Source: Azolla caroliniana (taxonomy: Eukaryota > Plantae > Polypodiophyta). From it: DNA of 64,000 nucleotides. The position numbers and the translations under genes are program-made. This document shows positions 24,901 to 38,107 of this stretch, one piece after another. The stretch spans positions 20,522,001 through 20,586,000 of the forward strand of contig JBHGNT010000005.1 of assembly GCA_043228905.1 (NCBI GenBank), in the 5' to 3' direction. The notes under the pieces are model-generated. The model was not told the DNA's origin. It saw only the letters and a program-made list of their open reading frames with translations, and did no database searches. How positions within the stretch are numbered: position 1 is the stretch's first letter; each line of letters begins with the position of its first letter.

Positions 24901-27900
24901 GTGCTGCCTCTACTCCCCTTCTCTTTTCATGATTTGTCAATCATAAACAATCATGAGTTTTTTATTTTATTTTGTCATGCAAAATTGATTGCCATCTTGA
25001 AGATTGATTGCCTCTGTTTTTTTGTTTTGTTTTTTGTTTTTGCCTTTGATTATATACCTCAGGAGGTTGCGAAGAAGAAGGCGACAAAGATCGGGATCGA
25101 TGGGAGCTCCTCTTGTCCATGTGGGGTGATTTCATAAAGAATGAAACTCATCCTCACCATAGCACCTTGTTCCCTAAGCCTCCATACTGGCAGAATTGTA
25201 GCGAGAAGGCGGCACACGACAAGGCCCTAGACACGCGAGGTACCGATGGATCTCCTCCGCCATGGTCTCTATGGAAAGGGAACCTCCAAGATGTGGAGGA
25301 CGACGCGCTACGCAGCAAGTTTGACCATGTCGATCTGGAAGATTCCAACATCACCCCTAGACCACCATGGGTATTAGGCTTCAGCTTGTGTATATACATA
25401 CATACATACATACATACATGGTGTATGTATGTATGTATGTATGTATGTGTGTGTGTGTGTGTGTATGTATGTACCATGTATGTATGTGTGTATGTATGTA
25501 CCATGTATGTGTGTGTGTATGTATGTACCATGTATGTGTGTGTGTATGTATGTACCATGTATGTGTGTGTGTATGTATGTACCATGTATGTGTGTGTGTA
25601 TGTATGTACCATGTATGCATGTGTGTATGTCTGTCACATTAATATGACAATATTATTGTCATTTTTTACCCTGTTTGATTAATCCCTCATAGACTGTTCC
25701 TGCACCATGCCCAAACCATAGTAATATCTAAAAATGTAATGCCCAAATCATAGTGTAATATCTGTATGTGTGATGCCCAAATCATAGTAATATCTGTATG
25801 TGGGATACCCAAATCATTGTAATATCTGTATGTGTGATGCCCAAATCATAGTAATTTCTTTGTGTCATACCCAAACCATAGTAATTTCTATATTTGAGTG
25901 ATGCCCAAATCATAGTAATATATCTATTTAAGTGATGCCCAAACCATAGTAATATCTATATTAATGATGCCCAAACCATGGTAATATCTATATTCTCAGC
26001 CATAACGGTGGAAAGACATCGGTGATCTTTTGGGATGCCCTAATTATATGATTGATCGAATAATTTGGGTCACTAATGATGGCCTCCTCACCAATTATAT
26101 AATTGACTGAATGTTCGAATGATTTATGTGAATCTTCATGGGGGCAGGTAGAAGGTGGTGATGCGGACAACTACCCCTTGACAAGGCGGGTGCAGCAAGA
26201 TCTTTGGTTGCATCAACACCCCCCGAACTGTAGCGATCCGGGGCTAAGGTTTATGTGGGTCAATTGGGAGAATGGGGCTGGCTTTGGGCTCGGGGCTCGC
26301 ATCAAGTGCATGTTGGCATTCTTCTCCATCGCGGTCCGAGAGAATCGGATTCTCGTAAGTGATTCGTTCGGAAGGGCAGATCACGCAGGATGTGAAGGTA
26401 TAATAAACAACTCTAGATATAACCTTGTCATGAAGTTCTTCCGCAAAACGTGTTTTTTACGCCCAAATATAGGAACCATTGATTTGGCCCCCTCGGATAC
26501 GAACATCAATTATATAACTAGGGCCTGGATCGAAACAATATGAGGAATATAATTGATCAACAATTCTACAATAGATGGAGGATTGGATTATAAATTGATC
26601 AACAATTATACAATAGATGCTAGGATTGGACTATAAATTGATCAATGATTATACAATAGATGCTTAGAGGATTGGATTTTAAAAATGGATGCTAAGGACC
26701 AAGAATGATGAGATTGGCACAAAATGAAAAATTGCGATAGATTAGCTTGTAACGGTCACGAGTGTGTTTTCTCTAGGGGATCGGCGCAACCAATGGGATT
26801 GTTATTTCTTGCCGGAGACGACCAAGGAGTGCAAAATGAGAGCTTTGGAACTGAGATCTCAGCCTGAGGCTGTGGAGAAAGGCATCATTGTAGAAAATAC
26901 CAAGTATGGCTGGGGGGACATGTGGAATAGCCCAATTTCCAGGTGAGTCAATATACCAATATTAGGGCTTTACTAAATAAATGACCAAGGAAACATGTCA
27001 TGCAAGGTTTTTAAGAATTTGTAGGCTAAATTTAGTCTCAGACACACCCAAAAAGGGAAAGATTATGTCATGTATGTATGTACTAATGTTAGGCCCATAC
27101 TTAAAATTGACATGGAGCAGTTGTTTTGGTTAGTACAGTAGGTGGGGGTCTCCATGGGACTACATGCAAACCACAGTGGATGTTCATGGCAAGCTCATAA
27201 GGCATCCCGCGAGTGATCGGCGTTGGTGGAGAGCTCAGGTCATTAAATCTCAAGTCTCTTTCCTATTGTCCTTCCAAAATTTTCCTAATAATGATGCCTT
27301 TTTTTTATAAAAAGCTCATAAATCTAGGGTTTGCTTGAGGACAATGCGATCTAGGCGCAGATTTGCATCATTTGGCACTAGGAAATACTTTTAATTTTCT
27401 GGGTGACTATTGGGAAGTCCTTTTCAATGTGTGTGGCATTACATATTTGAGTATATTGAAGTCTCTCTAGCTAGAATTACCCCCCTCGTCATGGTGTTTA
27501 GCTAATGTCTGATATAATCCATGTCCTCGTGGTGGTTAGCCTTAGTATGCCGTCTTGATTATCACTCGATTGGTTCACATGCCACATGTTAAGCTCTAAA
27601 TTGAGGAAATAATTTGTCTGTACATACATATATTATGCAAAACCAAAAAACGATGGCTTTTTACATAATTGCGCATTATTCACATTTGATCTTCAAACCC
27701 ATACAATGAAATCCTACTGGAACTTATCTTCACTTTTCATTACAACCATTGATAATACTCACACTCCAAAATGCACCATTATATGGCTAAAACCTCTAAG
27801 AACTTTTCAAGCATTTGTTTGTATGATCTAAATATCAAGCAAATTTGTTTCATAATGGTGTATAAATTTGAGTGACTACTTAGGAAAGGGAAACATGATA

Positions 27901-30414
27901 CTTCAAATTTCAAAATATGTGTAAACGCGTCCCCACAAATTGCAATTAAAGAATAAATGTTGGCATATGGAATATATTTAATTACTTGGTTAAGGTTCTC
28001 CGAATGCTATTTTATGCAACATTAGGTTAGAAACCTAAGAATCAATGTCAGACTAGAGCAAGATAATGGTAATGGTTTTCGATTTTTGTATAAGTATCCA
28101 TTAATGACCAGGGAGTCAACAACAGTTTTGGAAGAATGCGAGTAACTTTTTCAAGTTCTTGCAATTGAGTAATTCGAGGCAAATTGTTAGGGAATCGCCC
28201 CTAACTGAGTATCTCGTCATTAATTTCTTCTTAATGTAGTTACCTCACCTTGAACATGGGATGGCAAATCTTTTTTTAATTCACTTACCTTATCCAATCC
28301 TTTAGTGACTCAAATCCTTATTATACTTTCTCTAACACCATACTATTAATAAGTACCTTAATTATAGTTAAATATGGAGATTAGTATCACAAAACCCTTG
28401 TTTGGTAACTCGTAATGGGCTTAGGTATATAATATTAGCCTTGCAATAAGAGTAGCCATTAACCAAAATGGAATACGTCTTGTTACTCATTTTTATTAGT
28501 TTTTTGTCTAAAACTTATAGGCAATTCGATACATGATGCGATTCCCGAGCGAATACACATGTCGTCTCATGAACCAAGCTCGACATCAATATTTTGGAGC
28601 TACTGCTGCTCGAGCCATGTTATCAACCTTGCCATCGACTTGGCCTGAGGTATTGTGAATAGACTCTTTAATCTCAACTAGTTTTGTTCCACGTGAAAAA
28701 ATATCTCGAGTTAGACAAAAGAAATTTTACATCGCAAATTGCTATGCAATATCAATCTTTGAGATTTGGCAAAAAAAGTGTTGTTCATCAACACTAAGAG
28801 AGAGCTGGATTGAAATGCTAACTAGCTAGAAAACTTTTCTAACTCATTTCTTGAAAATAGATTGCAGCAAACAACATAGAGGGAGACATGGAGAGGATTA
28901 TTTGGGGGAGTCGATCACCTTGGATTCCTCGACCAATGATTAGCATGCATGTGAGGTTAGGTGACAAAGCAAGGGAAATGGAGATGGTCCCATACACAAA
29001 ATATATGGATTTGGCTTCTCGGCTACGCGCCAGCTTCCCCGATGCTATTAACATTTGGTTAGCCACTGAAATGGAGGTATATTCTCTCTCTCTCTCTCTC
29101 TCTCTCTAGGCCTAGACATTGTCTCTTTTTCAACACTAATTCACAATTGAATTGTCCCAAAATAGTTTATGAGCATTCAGTGGTTATGTATGTAGTCTAA
29201 TACAAGATAGGTGGTCCCATTTCATTGTTGTCTTATTGGTCAGAAATACATTGAATGCATGGTTATATTGGTTCACCATCAAACCATAACTAGGAGGCTC
29301 ACATGCACAATTGGTTGTAGTTTGTCAAGTTTATCCCTATTATCTCATGTTTGTTTCGTTCCTCGATTACAAATTTCATTCTAATCAACTCAATATTACA
29401 ACGAATTTCAAACTTGAAGTACCAAAGATATATTCAAGTAGAACTACAAATATTCATATTTCAATCATGCATTATCAATTAGGAATATTGGAACATGCAA
29501 ATCCAATCTTGTTTTTAGAGAGAAGAAAGTCAATCCCTATTTTACAAAAGCATGTCTTACACAATAACACACAATACGAAGCATTTTGTTTTTACATCAT
29601 TCATCAGGTTCTAAACATCTAGACTTAAGATTGTGTGATCAAGTTTGATTTGATAATATCTCCATCATAACTTATTTATATTTCTAGTTTGAGATGATTC
29701 ATCGTAATCTTGGTTGTACAACAAATTGCTCTCATAAAATAAACTTTCGGCAACAAAGTATGAAAAACGAGAATATTGTGCTCTAAAAGGTAATGATCTA
29801 ACGTTTAAAAACGAGAAATGTACAAATTCAATTTAACAACCAAGGATTTGTGCATGAAAGCAACACTTTATAAAAGTTGGTGATCCAAATTTGAAAAACG
29901 AGGTAAATTTCATACATATTCATTTCTTGTAACCAAGGATTAGAAAGCGATAGGACATTAACAGGCGACAATAAAAAGAAACCAATGAGATTAAATATTG
30001 TTTTGGCTCATCCATATCTTTTTGCTTTCTTCTTTTAAAATGAATATCTTGATAGATATAAGCATTCTTTTTTATTTCCTTAACCATGTAATTATTAATG
30101 ATTGGTTCTCACATACTAATTTATTGCAACCAAAGGACGTAATCGAGGAATCAAAGAATCATAAAGATTGGAATATCTACTACACCAACATAACTAGGCA
30201 AACTGGGACAATTAGTATGTTCGAGTATGAACAAAGCATTGGTACAGAGGCTAGCACAAACAATGGATTTGTAAACTTCCTAATGGCTCTAGAGTCAGAT
30301 TTCTTTATTGGACCATTGGGATCTACATGGAGCCTTCTTCTTGATTGTATGCGGGCTACAGGTGGAAAGCTTATGTCAGGATTTTTGAGTGTAAATCTCG
30401 ACACATTTTGGTAA
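24693..30414 (+). CDS. Alpha-1,6-fucosyltransferase-like glycosyltransferase (FUT8/NodZ fold, Arabidopsis At5g28910-like), 8 exons, ~551 aa
   Basis: Exons 24693-24900 (alternative donor 24879), 25063-25370, 26148-26397, 26777-26942, 27139-27238, 28521-28649, 28861-29076, 30136-30414. All introns are GT-AG and phase-compatible, with no stops. N-terminal TM segment; NYPLTRRVQ..W.HQHP, GFGLGA, DRRWWRAQA.RY, HVRLGDK, IWLATE, DFFIGPLGSTW; ends FLSVNLDTFW*. Confidence 0.92.
25063..25370 (+). CDS. Fucosyltransferase-like exon 2
   Basis: cag| ...PKPPYWQNC...PPPWSLWKG...PPW |gtatta. Confidence 0.85.
25388..25630. repeat. Compound (TACA/TATG/TG) micro- and minisatellite in intron 2
   Basis: Repeating gtatgtatgtaccatgtatgtgtgt-type units. 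Confidence 0.9.
25707..25993. repeat. ~32-bp minisatellite, ~9 copies, intron 2
   Basis: Unit tgatgcccaaatcatagtaatatctgtatgtg. Confidence 0.9.
26148..26397 (+). CDS. Fucosyltransferase-like exon 3
   Basis: cag|VEGGDADNYPLTRRVQ...RADHAGCE|gtataa. Confidence 0.92.
26548..26680. repeat. ~43-bp tandem repeat x3, intron 3
   Basis: ataaattgatcaacaattatacaatagatg...ggattgga. Confidence 0.8.
26777..26942 (+). CDS. Fucosyltransferase-like exon 4
   Basis: tag|..WDCYFLPETTKECKMRA..|gtgagt. Confidence 0.92.
27139..27238 (+). CDS. Fucosyltransferase-like exon 5
   Basis: cag|RWGSPWDYMQ...DRRWWRAQ|gtcatt. Confidence 0.88.
28521..28649 (+). CDS. Fucosyltransferase-like exon 6
   Basis: tag|AIRYMMRFPSEYTCRLMNQAR...WPE|gtattg. 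Confidence 0.92.
28861..29076 (+). CDS. Fucosyltransferase-like exon 7
   Basis: tag|...PWIPRPMISMHVRLGDKAREM...IWLATEME|gtatat. Confidence 0.92.
30136..30414 (+). CDS. Fucosyltransferase-like exon 8
   Basis: aag|DVIEESK...DFFIGPLGSTW...GGKLMSGFLSVNLDTFW*. Confidence 0.92.
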   Translation, partial: DVIEESKNHKDWNIYYTNITRQTGTISMFEYEQSIGTEASTNNGFVNFLMALESDFFIGPLGSTWSLLLDCMRATGGKLMSGFLSVNLDTFW

Positions 30415-33284
30415 GGCAAGAAAAGAAAATGATGCGTCCACATTGATTTGATTAATTTTATACAATAATTTCTCAAGCATCACTTTATGATACCATGTTA
30501 TTGAATTTTATAAATGTTGATGCACATATACAAAATCAAGGTTGTTTTGTTCATTATTACATTGAATACAAAATCATAGTTCATTTGTCTATTACCGGTT
30601 CCCAAATCAGCTTTTAGTTATTTGAGTTGCTTCAAATAATTGGTTTTCAAATTCTTACAAAATGGGTGATTTCTTATGGAAGAAGATATTTAAGTTGAAT
30701 TAATAGTGGGTAAGTTCAATGTACTAATGTAAATTGATTAAAATATGATACCATTTAGCAACATTTGAAAATGGTGTTTGTGTAAATGTTGTTTTACTCG
30801 ATATAAAAGAAAACAATCTATAATTATGAACGACAATAGTGTATATAAATCTTTTGTATAAATGTAAAGGGGCAACCATCCGTGGATGGATTGTGTTTAG
30901 CCCAACATATGAACATAGTAGAGTGTATGGGTAAAAATCAATGCTCGTAAAACTTGAGCTAGCAAAGAAAAAGGAACTCACTCTTAACGTAAGGCTCGAA
31001 TCTGAACACTTATAGATTGGTATCTCACGGATGGTTTATGTTCCATCGAAGTTGCACAAGAGGATCTCAAAGTGAATCTTGGGGAATAGTGGAGCAACAA
31101 CTCTTAAGCAAAAGAAAAATGTATTGTCGAATATTATGGCAAAAATACATGCTCCAAAGTGTTAAGTTATTTCAGCATAACAAATCGTAGATTTGATTCT
31201 AAGTTTATGAAACAAAACTTATCAAATAGAATTTGAATTTCGTTAGAATTCATCACTGTTTGTAATGTAATCCATAGACATCATAGTGTCACCTTGATGT
31301 TTTTGCTTGTCATCATTCTAGATAATTATTGCAATGATGATCATGTTGCACATGCTTTCCTTTATATTGCTATCAATAATCATGATTATAATATTGACAT
31401 TAAATTTTATATACAAGATGCTCTTTCATCGTGAGGTGTGCATTCACCGCAACTAACTTGCATCGCTTTCTGTTAGAGTGATGACAATTTAATTAATCAT
31501 GATTGTAATGTTAACCTTAAATTTTATATAGAAGATGCTCTTTCATTGTGAGGTGTGCATTGACTAGACTTCTTCCTCAACTCCATAAGTTGATTGTCTT
31601 ATTACTTGCACTAACTAAACTTCTAAGTCCTTACCATTCCTAATTGTCAAGATTCCTTGATGAACCTTGAAGCTAAAATGACTACCCAAGATATTATGTC
31701 CTCTTGGATGGGCAACACCTTGGCATGGCCATGGGATTTTGTGGGGAAAATACTATTCATTGCCGAATACAAATGTCAAAGCTGAAGTTTGGTGCATGTA
31801 GATTTAGCAATAGATAAGTAGATGATGAATTTGTTGAACAATTAGTAGTCAAAATTGGTCCTCAGTTGCCTTACACAATATGAGAATGTTCTCCTAACAT
31901 GGGGTTGCTCAAGTGGTGCAACATCTTCATGGAACCATATGGGTGTTTAATGCTCTCCTAGGAGATATTGGGTTGGTGAACTATTCAAATATGGGTGATA
32001 TGAAGAATAATTGTATTTGTTGAAAAATCCTTGTTTGAAAAGTAAAATAGATCACTTTAAAGCAAACTACTTAGAAAAAGGTTTTGGGGACCAAGGAGAC
32101 TTGGTGTTAAGTAGTCGCCATACATACATTTCATTCCTCGTGCCTTAGTGACAGATAAAAGGACCTCATGACTGGACATGTGTGAAAGAGGCATAAAAGT
32201 TGCTTTCATGCCTTTTTCTCAATTATGCTTCACTATTCTTACTATAGGTAGACGTTTAAAAACAATTATTCTTCACATTTCATATTGTAGTATAAAGGTT
32301 CTCTCCCTCTCTAATAAGATCACACTGATCACTCTTAAATTCTTTTCTGTACGACCAATATTCTTGTATTACTATGGTTAACTACTAAATATCCTTTTTA
32401 CATATATTTTCTTGTCTCTTAATTTTTTAATTGTCTTGATAAAGTACATAGATTGAGTGAAAGAGCTTCTTAGACAACGTAGGTAAGGTAGAATTCGACC
32501 CATACACCCGGAATATGTGGTATCACTACCATGCCTTCCCCTCTTAGGATGGACCCATTTGCCATCAACAGTTTGACGTATGAAGGGAGCATTTTAGCGT
32601 TGTTCCAATTTTGCCAATAATCATACTTGTTGATGGTCACAACGGCATCCCAGCTCGTGTCTATTACAATAAAAACCGTAGTGTCGTTCACAGTTTTAGC
32701 GATCATGAACCTACCATCATCACTTTCAAATTGTGCTCCTTATAAGGCCTCAATATGATATTTCTTATTTTGGTTCTCATTGACAATCTCCGGTCTTTTT
32801 TGTGTAATCATTATGATTGCACGATACCCAACATGCAACTCGCACTTGAGTCACCAAAGTACATCATGTCATGGCTTTGGGTTCAAACTCAATAATTCCT
32901 CACTAATGAGCTTTATGTCTTTTGATAGTATAAGGTCAACCCTTGGCCATCTAGGCCTAAACTCAATTCTTGAAATACCCCTATTATCCACCAACATATT
33001 TCACTTATATGCATATACAACATTGAGATTATACATACATCTAAACAAAATTACATATATACCCTCACTCAAGCACATACTTTAGTGCTTATAATAACAT
33101 CACTATTTAAACTTATGCACACTCTCATATATTAAATACACACATACATACTTATATCCAAGTGCATAACGCACAAGCACTTAAGCATACTTTGACTTGG
33201 TCATCGAATCACACGTGCACACACTTGAAAGAAAACACAAAGCAATTTCAAGGTCTATTGTGAAAATACGTGTCGACATCCTTG

Positions 33285-33632
33285 AAATGGAGTTAGGGTT
33301 AGCTTGGGTGTACATAGACACACATGAGAGGAGATAGATAGATAGATAGATTATATTATCGTCTTCTGAGGTCAAATATGACCTATGAGACCAACAATAT
33401 TACATTTCACGTGATACATGTGAAAGTGAGTAGCAACCAATGAATGTTGCAATCGAGAGTGCACATTGTGGTTGTGAGAGAAATTTGTGTAAGGATTGGG
33501 CTAAGTCGAAGAGATGTGGAAATCATGGTCGAATATGATGAAAGGCAGAGCATTGTATCAAAGTGTGATACTCAGACTCACGAACGTGTTTAGGGCAAAG
33601 TGTGCATAGCCGGCCACTCTCATCACTTGTGA
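33285..33632 (-). repeat. Dispersed repeat, inverted partner of 16585-16930
   Basis: See the partner feature. Confidence 0.8.
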
Positions 33633-35008
33633 GGGGAGAAGGGAAGAAGAGAAAGAGAATTTGTTTTTATTTCTGCGCTCTTTATCGGCAATGGAATTGG
33701 GCACAAAGACAAGCGTCAAAAAGCCCTCGATTAGAGCTTTGTAAGGAGATAAAGCAAGTTAAATTTGGTGGTATGTACGAGAAACATCGATAGAAATAAG
33801 GAATCTTGTGTTGTCGGCATCCACATACTCAACACACATTGCGGGTCTTCTATTGTCTTCATCCTCTTCGATCTCTCTCAATTGGGTGAGTTCCGGTTGT
33901 CTCTCTTGTTCATGGAAAATAGTTTTTATCCCGGATCGATATCACATCAATAATAATGGATATAAACATGAATTCCTCACAAATTCTGGGGGACATCGAT
34001 ATGGAAACAATTGATCGAAAAAAGAGTAATATGATGGTTGAATGTAATCGTGAAAGGGAAGACATTGGAAGCTCTAAGAGGTTTAAGGGTATTGAGGAAA
34101 TTAATGAGAAAAAATTGACATATGCCGAAGTAATACATGTAGATGAGGTTGACAAGGATCATTGTAATTGGGGTAATTTATGGGGAATTGCCAATACCTT
34201 TGTTACTCCTTTCCTAGGGAACACCTTCGATTACTCCTCCTAAGTAATCAGGTCAAGGAATCGTGGTTGTGTAAGAGACCAAGGTAGGGCCAAGTAGGGG
34301 CCGAACGTTACACCCTTTTGGTTTGGACACTCTGAGAATCGGCTACAACCGATCCATACTCACGACTTACAGAACAAATAACACAATCGGAAATATAATT
34401 GAAAATGAGACAGGCACAAAGATGGACCCAAAAAGGATACGCAATTGATTACTGAATAGATAATACAATGGTAGTACAAACTGAGTATAATGGGTATCAC
34501 TCACTCTCTTAATACAGATTTAGATTTCTAAGCTTAGTCACTCTGACTCGAATTAGATATATCGTCTGTGTCCCCTTGTCTCTCTTCTGTTTTCGCCACT
34601 TCACAATTTATATAGCTCTCTCCTTCATCGATGCATTCCAAGTACTCTCTCCTGATCCTTGGCCTATGTTTATGGTTGCTTGTATTTCAGTTACTTTTCC
34701 CCTCGGCTGCTAGTGCTCGGCTTCTTTTATCTTGACCTACTCGTTCCCTTTCACACTTTATTTTTACGATCCTTTTCACACGTTTGTCTTATTGTCCCAC
34801 AGATAGCACTTGGGGCACGCCCGTGGGACGATGCCTTGCATGTCGAACCCAAAAATCAACTAAAGAAATCAACATCGAAAAGTGAAATTATTGCCATCCG
34901 AAATGAAAGAATCAAAAAAAAATTCTACGATACATTATTCTTCTTCCAAAATTGCCCAAAGGCCCTCCTCCTATTTTGGCTCGTCCGGTTTGATCGTGGC
35001 CGAAAGAT

Positions 35009-35940
35009 CTAGCGCTTGGTTTGCCAATTCCGGAACGGCCTCTTGGGCGTCGTCTCGTTGAGTTGCTTCCTCATATGCTTTGGCTCCCTGCTTTGTTTGG
35101 CCACCGGTTCGATCTCCTGGTCCGGGTGCGTCACATCTTCTACTTTCAGCTCTTTATTTTGTTCTGACCCTGTTTCTGGTTCTGGTTCTTTCTTCTCTTC
35201 TATCGTCGGTTCATGGTCCTGATCTTGTCCTTGTCTTTCCTTGGTGATGAACTCTTCAATGTGTGGCTCTTGTGTTGCATTTCCGGGCAAGACTTCCAAT
35301 TTTGCTTGTGCACCAGTTCTTCCTTCTCGGCCTGGAGGCGCTCGCGTTCATACCTATCCGCTTTGATGGCGAGGAGTTGATCGTCGTTGAATTTCTCAAG
35401 GAGGGTTCTGATGGTTGTGGTGTGTGTTCACACCAAGGATTGGAATTCCTTGGTGAGGTCTTCGTGGAGAATCTGAATGCTATTCTCGTCCATTTTTGTA
35501 AAATCCGCGACCCTCCTTTTTTTGGTTCTCGGCATCTGTTCGGAAGACTCGTAATTCGGCTGCTTGAGCCAACCACTCTTGCCAGCCGCGAGTGCCTCTT
35601 CGACCTTCTGGTTAAGCTTCATCCGGTGTTTTGCAATCAATGCCTTGACTCGCTCTTTGCCCATTTCATACTTGACACGGAGAATGTTCATTGCAACTTT
35701 GGCAGTCTCGACATTGAGTTCGAGCTGAGCTGTCTGGATTTGGTACGAGGTGCTTAGGCCGACAACCTTCTGCCCCATCAGCTCTACGTGTTGTTCGTAC
35801 CATCGGAGGAGCCAATTCTTTTTCTCTTCCAGCTTTGGCTGGTACCGTTCCCGATCCCATTCTCGGTCTTGTTGCGCGGAGGTTTGTAGCTCGTGGAGGG
35901 ACTCAAACAATGTATACTTTTCTTTTTTCTTCCTCCAACT
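35009..35940 (-). pseudogene. Frameshifted coiled-coil, charged ORF, probably an accessory ORF of a retroelement
   Basis: Overlapping ORFs 35428-35910 and 35009-35299 with coding-like composition; no recognisable domain; intronless; repeat context. Confidence 0.4.
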
Positions 35941-36031
35941 CCTGTAGCATTTGATGCTACCTACTAAAGTGTTGTTAGAGTTCTGTGTGCTCGTTTTGGA
36001 GAATTAGAAGTTGGTCGTTTGTTATGGTGTA

Positions 36032-36551
36032 TGTCACGGGCATGACAATAATCATGTCAAGATTCGAACTCTTCACCTCTTGTATATAGTCAAGTGTTAT
36101 ATTCTAACCAACACATCCAAATACATAACCATATTATTTATATCTTAGTAGATTATTAGTAGATTATCTATTCCATGTTCTAGGAGTTTTTAGAAGCTTC
36201 ATGAAAGTTCCAGAAGCATCTACATGAAAATGGGCCGATGCATGGAACTACATGTAGAGGCCACAAACATGTATAAATACTTGTAACTTCCTTGATCCCT
36301 TTCAAGGGATTCAATGCTAGTCATTGACACATCAATCTAGTATTCTCGTTTAACCCCATCTTCTCTCCTTGATTTACATCTCTGTCTTTATGCTCTTGTG
36401 TCGTAAGTTCCTCGTCTTGTCGCTCCCAACTTCCTGAGTTTCTAGCCTCATCACGTCGAGTTCCACATTCGTAACCTTATCGGTCTTAGCCTCGTCATCT
36501 GTGCTTTGTCGTAGTCTAGGGTTGGTGTGTCTGTGACAATTTGAATCCCTT
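36032..36551 (+). mobile_element. Tcn1/Tf1-like chromovirus 5' LTR (36032-36538) with self-priming PBS (36541-36551)
   Basis: TGTCAC...GTGACA; similar to the LTR at 43323. PBS TTGAATCCCTT is the reverse complement of 36304-36314. Confidence 0.8.
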
Positions 36552-36559
36552 CCAACTGG

Positions 36560-37220
36560 AAGCATCACTCGTCTTCGTCATCGCCCTTGCTTCTAGAGTT
36601 ACCATCTTCATTGTCCTTGCTTCCAGAGTTACCGTTCTCAACGTCCCTTCGTTTTCTATCTTCCTCACCATCTCTATCTCTTAGTTTTCTTCTCATAATC
36701 ATTTTTTTCTTTTAGATTCTTCGCATCCTCTCCACATCTCTATCTCCTAGTTTCATCTCATCTCATCATCGTCTCTGTCTTTTAGTTTCTTCACATCCTC
36801 CACATATCTATTTCAGTGTTTCTTATCATCATCATCGGGCCTATATCTTTGTGTTTCTTATCATTTTCCACATCCCTATCTCTGCATTTTTTGTCATTGT
36901 CATCCTTCTCCCTGTGTTTCCTACCGTTCTCATCTCTAGTTATGTGTTTCTTATCAGCTTCGTCCCTGTCATTGTGTTTTCTATCATCATCTATATATGT
37001 GTCTTTGTGTTTCTTTTTATCCTCAACATCTTGATCTTTGTGTTTCTTATCCTCTTCATCTATTTCTCTGTTTCCATCATTGCCATAGTTATAGTCATTT
37101 ATTCCAAAGACGCTTCGTCAACATCATTGACTTCATTGCATCATCTTTGACATCATCATCTTCAACCTTGTTGTTGTCGTCATCAACACTACTTTGCCTA
37201 GCTTTCATCGTTAAGTGTTC
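36560..37220. repeat. Pyrimidine-rich low-complexity degenerate repeats
   Basis: Recurrent tgtgtttcttatcatc / catcctc motifs. Confidence 0.7.
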
Positions 37221-37335
37221 CAGTCTCTGGCGAGGACCATATAGGGTTGCTCATGCTCGTTGGTGTTCCAATATCTGGTGAGGACCATATAGGGTCGCTC
37301 ATGCTCGTTGGTGTTCTAGTCTCCGGTGCGGACCG

Positions 37336-38107
37336 TGTTGGCATAAAAGGCCGACTCCGTCCACTTTGTATCTTAATGTGAACATGTCCAAATAGTTAGG
37401 GCTTAGTATATAAGCTCTAACCTAACACTATAACAGTAACGATCTTGTAGCTTGAGTCTTTGAGTGTAGAGTTACAGAATAACGAGAGCTTCCGTTAGAG
37501 CTTGAACTGTTTCTACATTTCCATCATTTCTTCTATCATACTCTCCGCATTGTTTGTTGTGCACATAACCTACAAGTTCTCACATACCTCTGCACACATC
37601 TCGAACCCTATATCCCTCAAGTGGTATTAGAGCGACTTTTTGTTTAGTGGCAAGAAAACAACAGAGAAAGTGGAAAGAAAAGATAGGTTAGTAAAATCTC
37701 ACTTTCAAAAGAAGAACATGTATGGCTTCAACATTCAGAATAGGAGTTGAAATCTGAAAGTTTGATGACAAAAACTTTGCCTTGTGGAAGGAGATGATGC
37801 AACATGTGTTGATCATTAGAAGATAGGTCGAAGCATTTGATACAGTGAAAAACTTGTTTCGATGACAGCCGAAGAGTGGAGATCCATAGACGAAATTGCG
37901 CGCTCCACCATCCGAATGCATCTGGCCGAAAGTGTCTACTTCAGCATGTCCAAGGAGACAACATCATTCTCGTTATGGGAGAAGTTGCAGGTTGTGTATG
38001 AAAAGAATTCCTCATCTTCGAAATTGATACTGATCAGAAAACTGTTCAACATGAAGATGAGAGAGACCGATCTAGCCACCTCCCACATCAACACCTTTAG
38101 CCGAGTA
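37336..38107 (+). mobile_element. Copia 5' fragment: LTR 37336-37619, iMet PBS 37622-37633, start of gag
   Basis: TG...CA, then TGGTATTAGAGC; gag ...ARSTIRMHLAESVYF...LWEKLQ; truncated by the next element. Confidence 0.8.

Noticed and set aside
25154-25682. MYVCVYVCT / HTYTHTY repeat ORFs
   Set aside because: Translations of an intronic microsatellite; only 25063-25370 is exon.
25707-25993. CRISPR-like look of the ~32-bp repeats (also the 54-bp and 83-bp arrays)
   Set aside because: Units are contiguous with no unique spacers, there are no cas genes, and the context is a eukaryotic intron or LTR.
31378-31561. ~67-bp direct repeat pair
   Set aside because: Ordinary local duplication with no further structure.
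31680-32800. Possible decayed coding sequence on minus strand (incl. ORF 32470-32706)
   Set aside because: No recognisable motif or splice structure; cannot be supported without a search.
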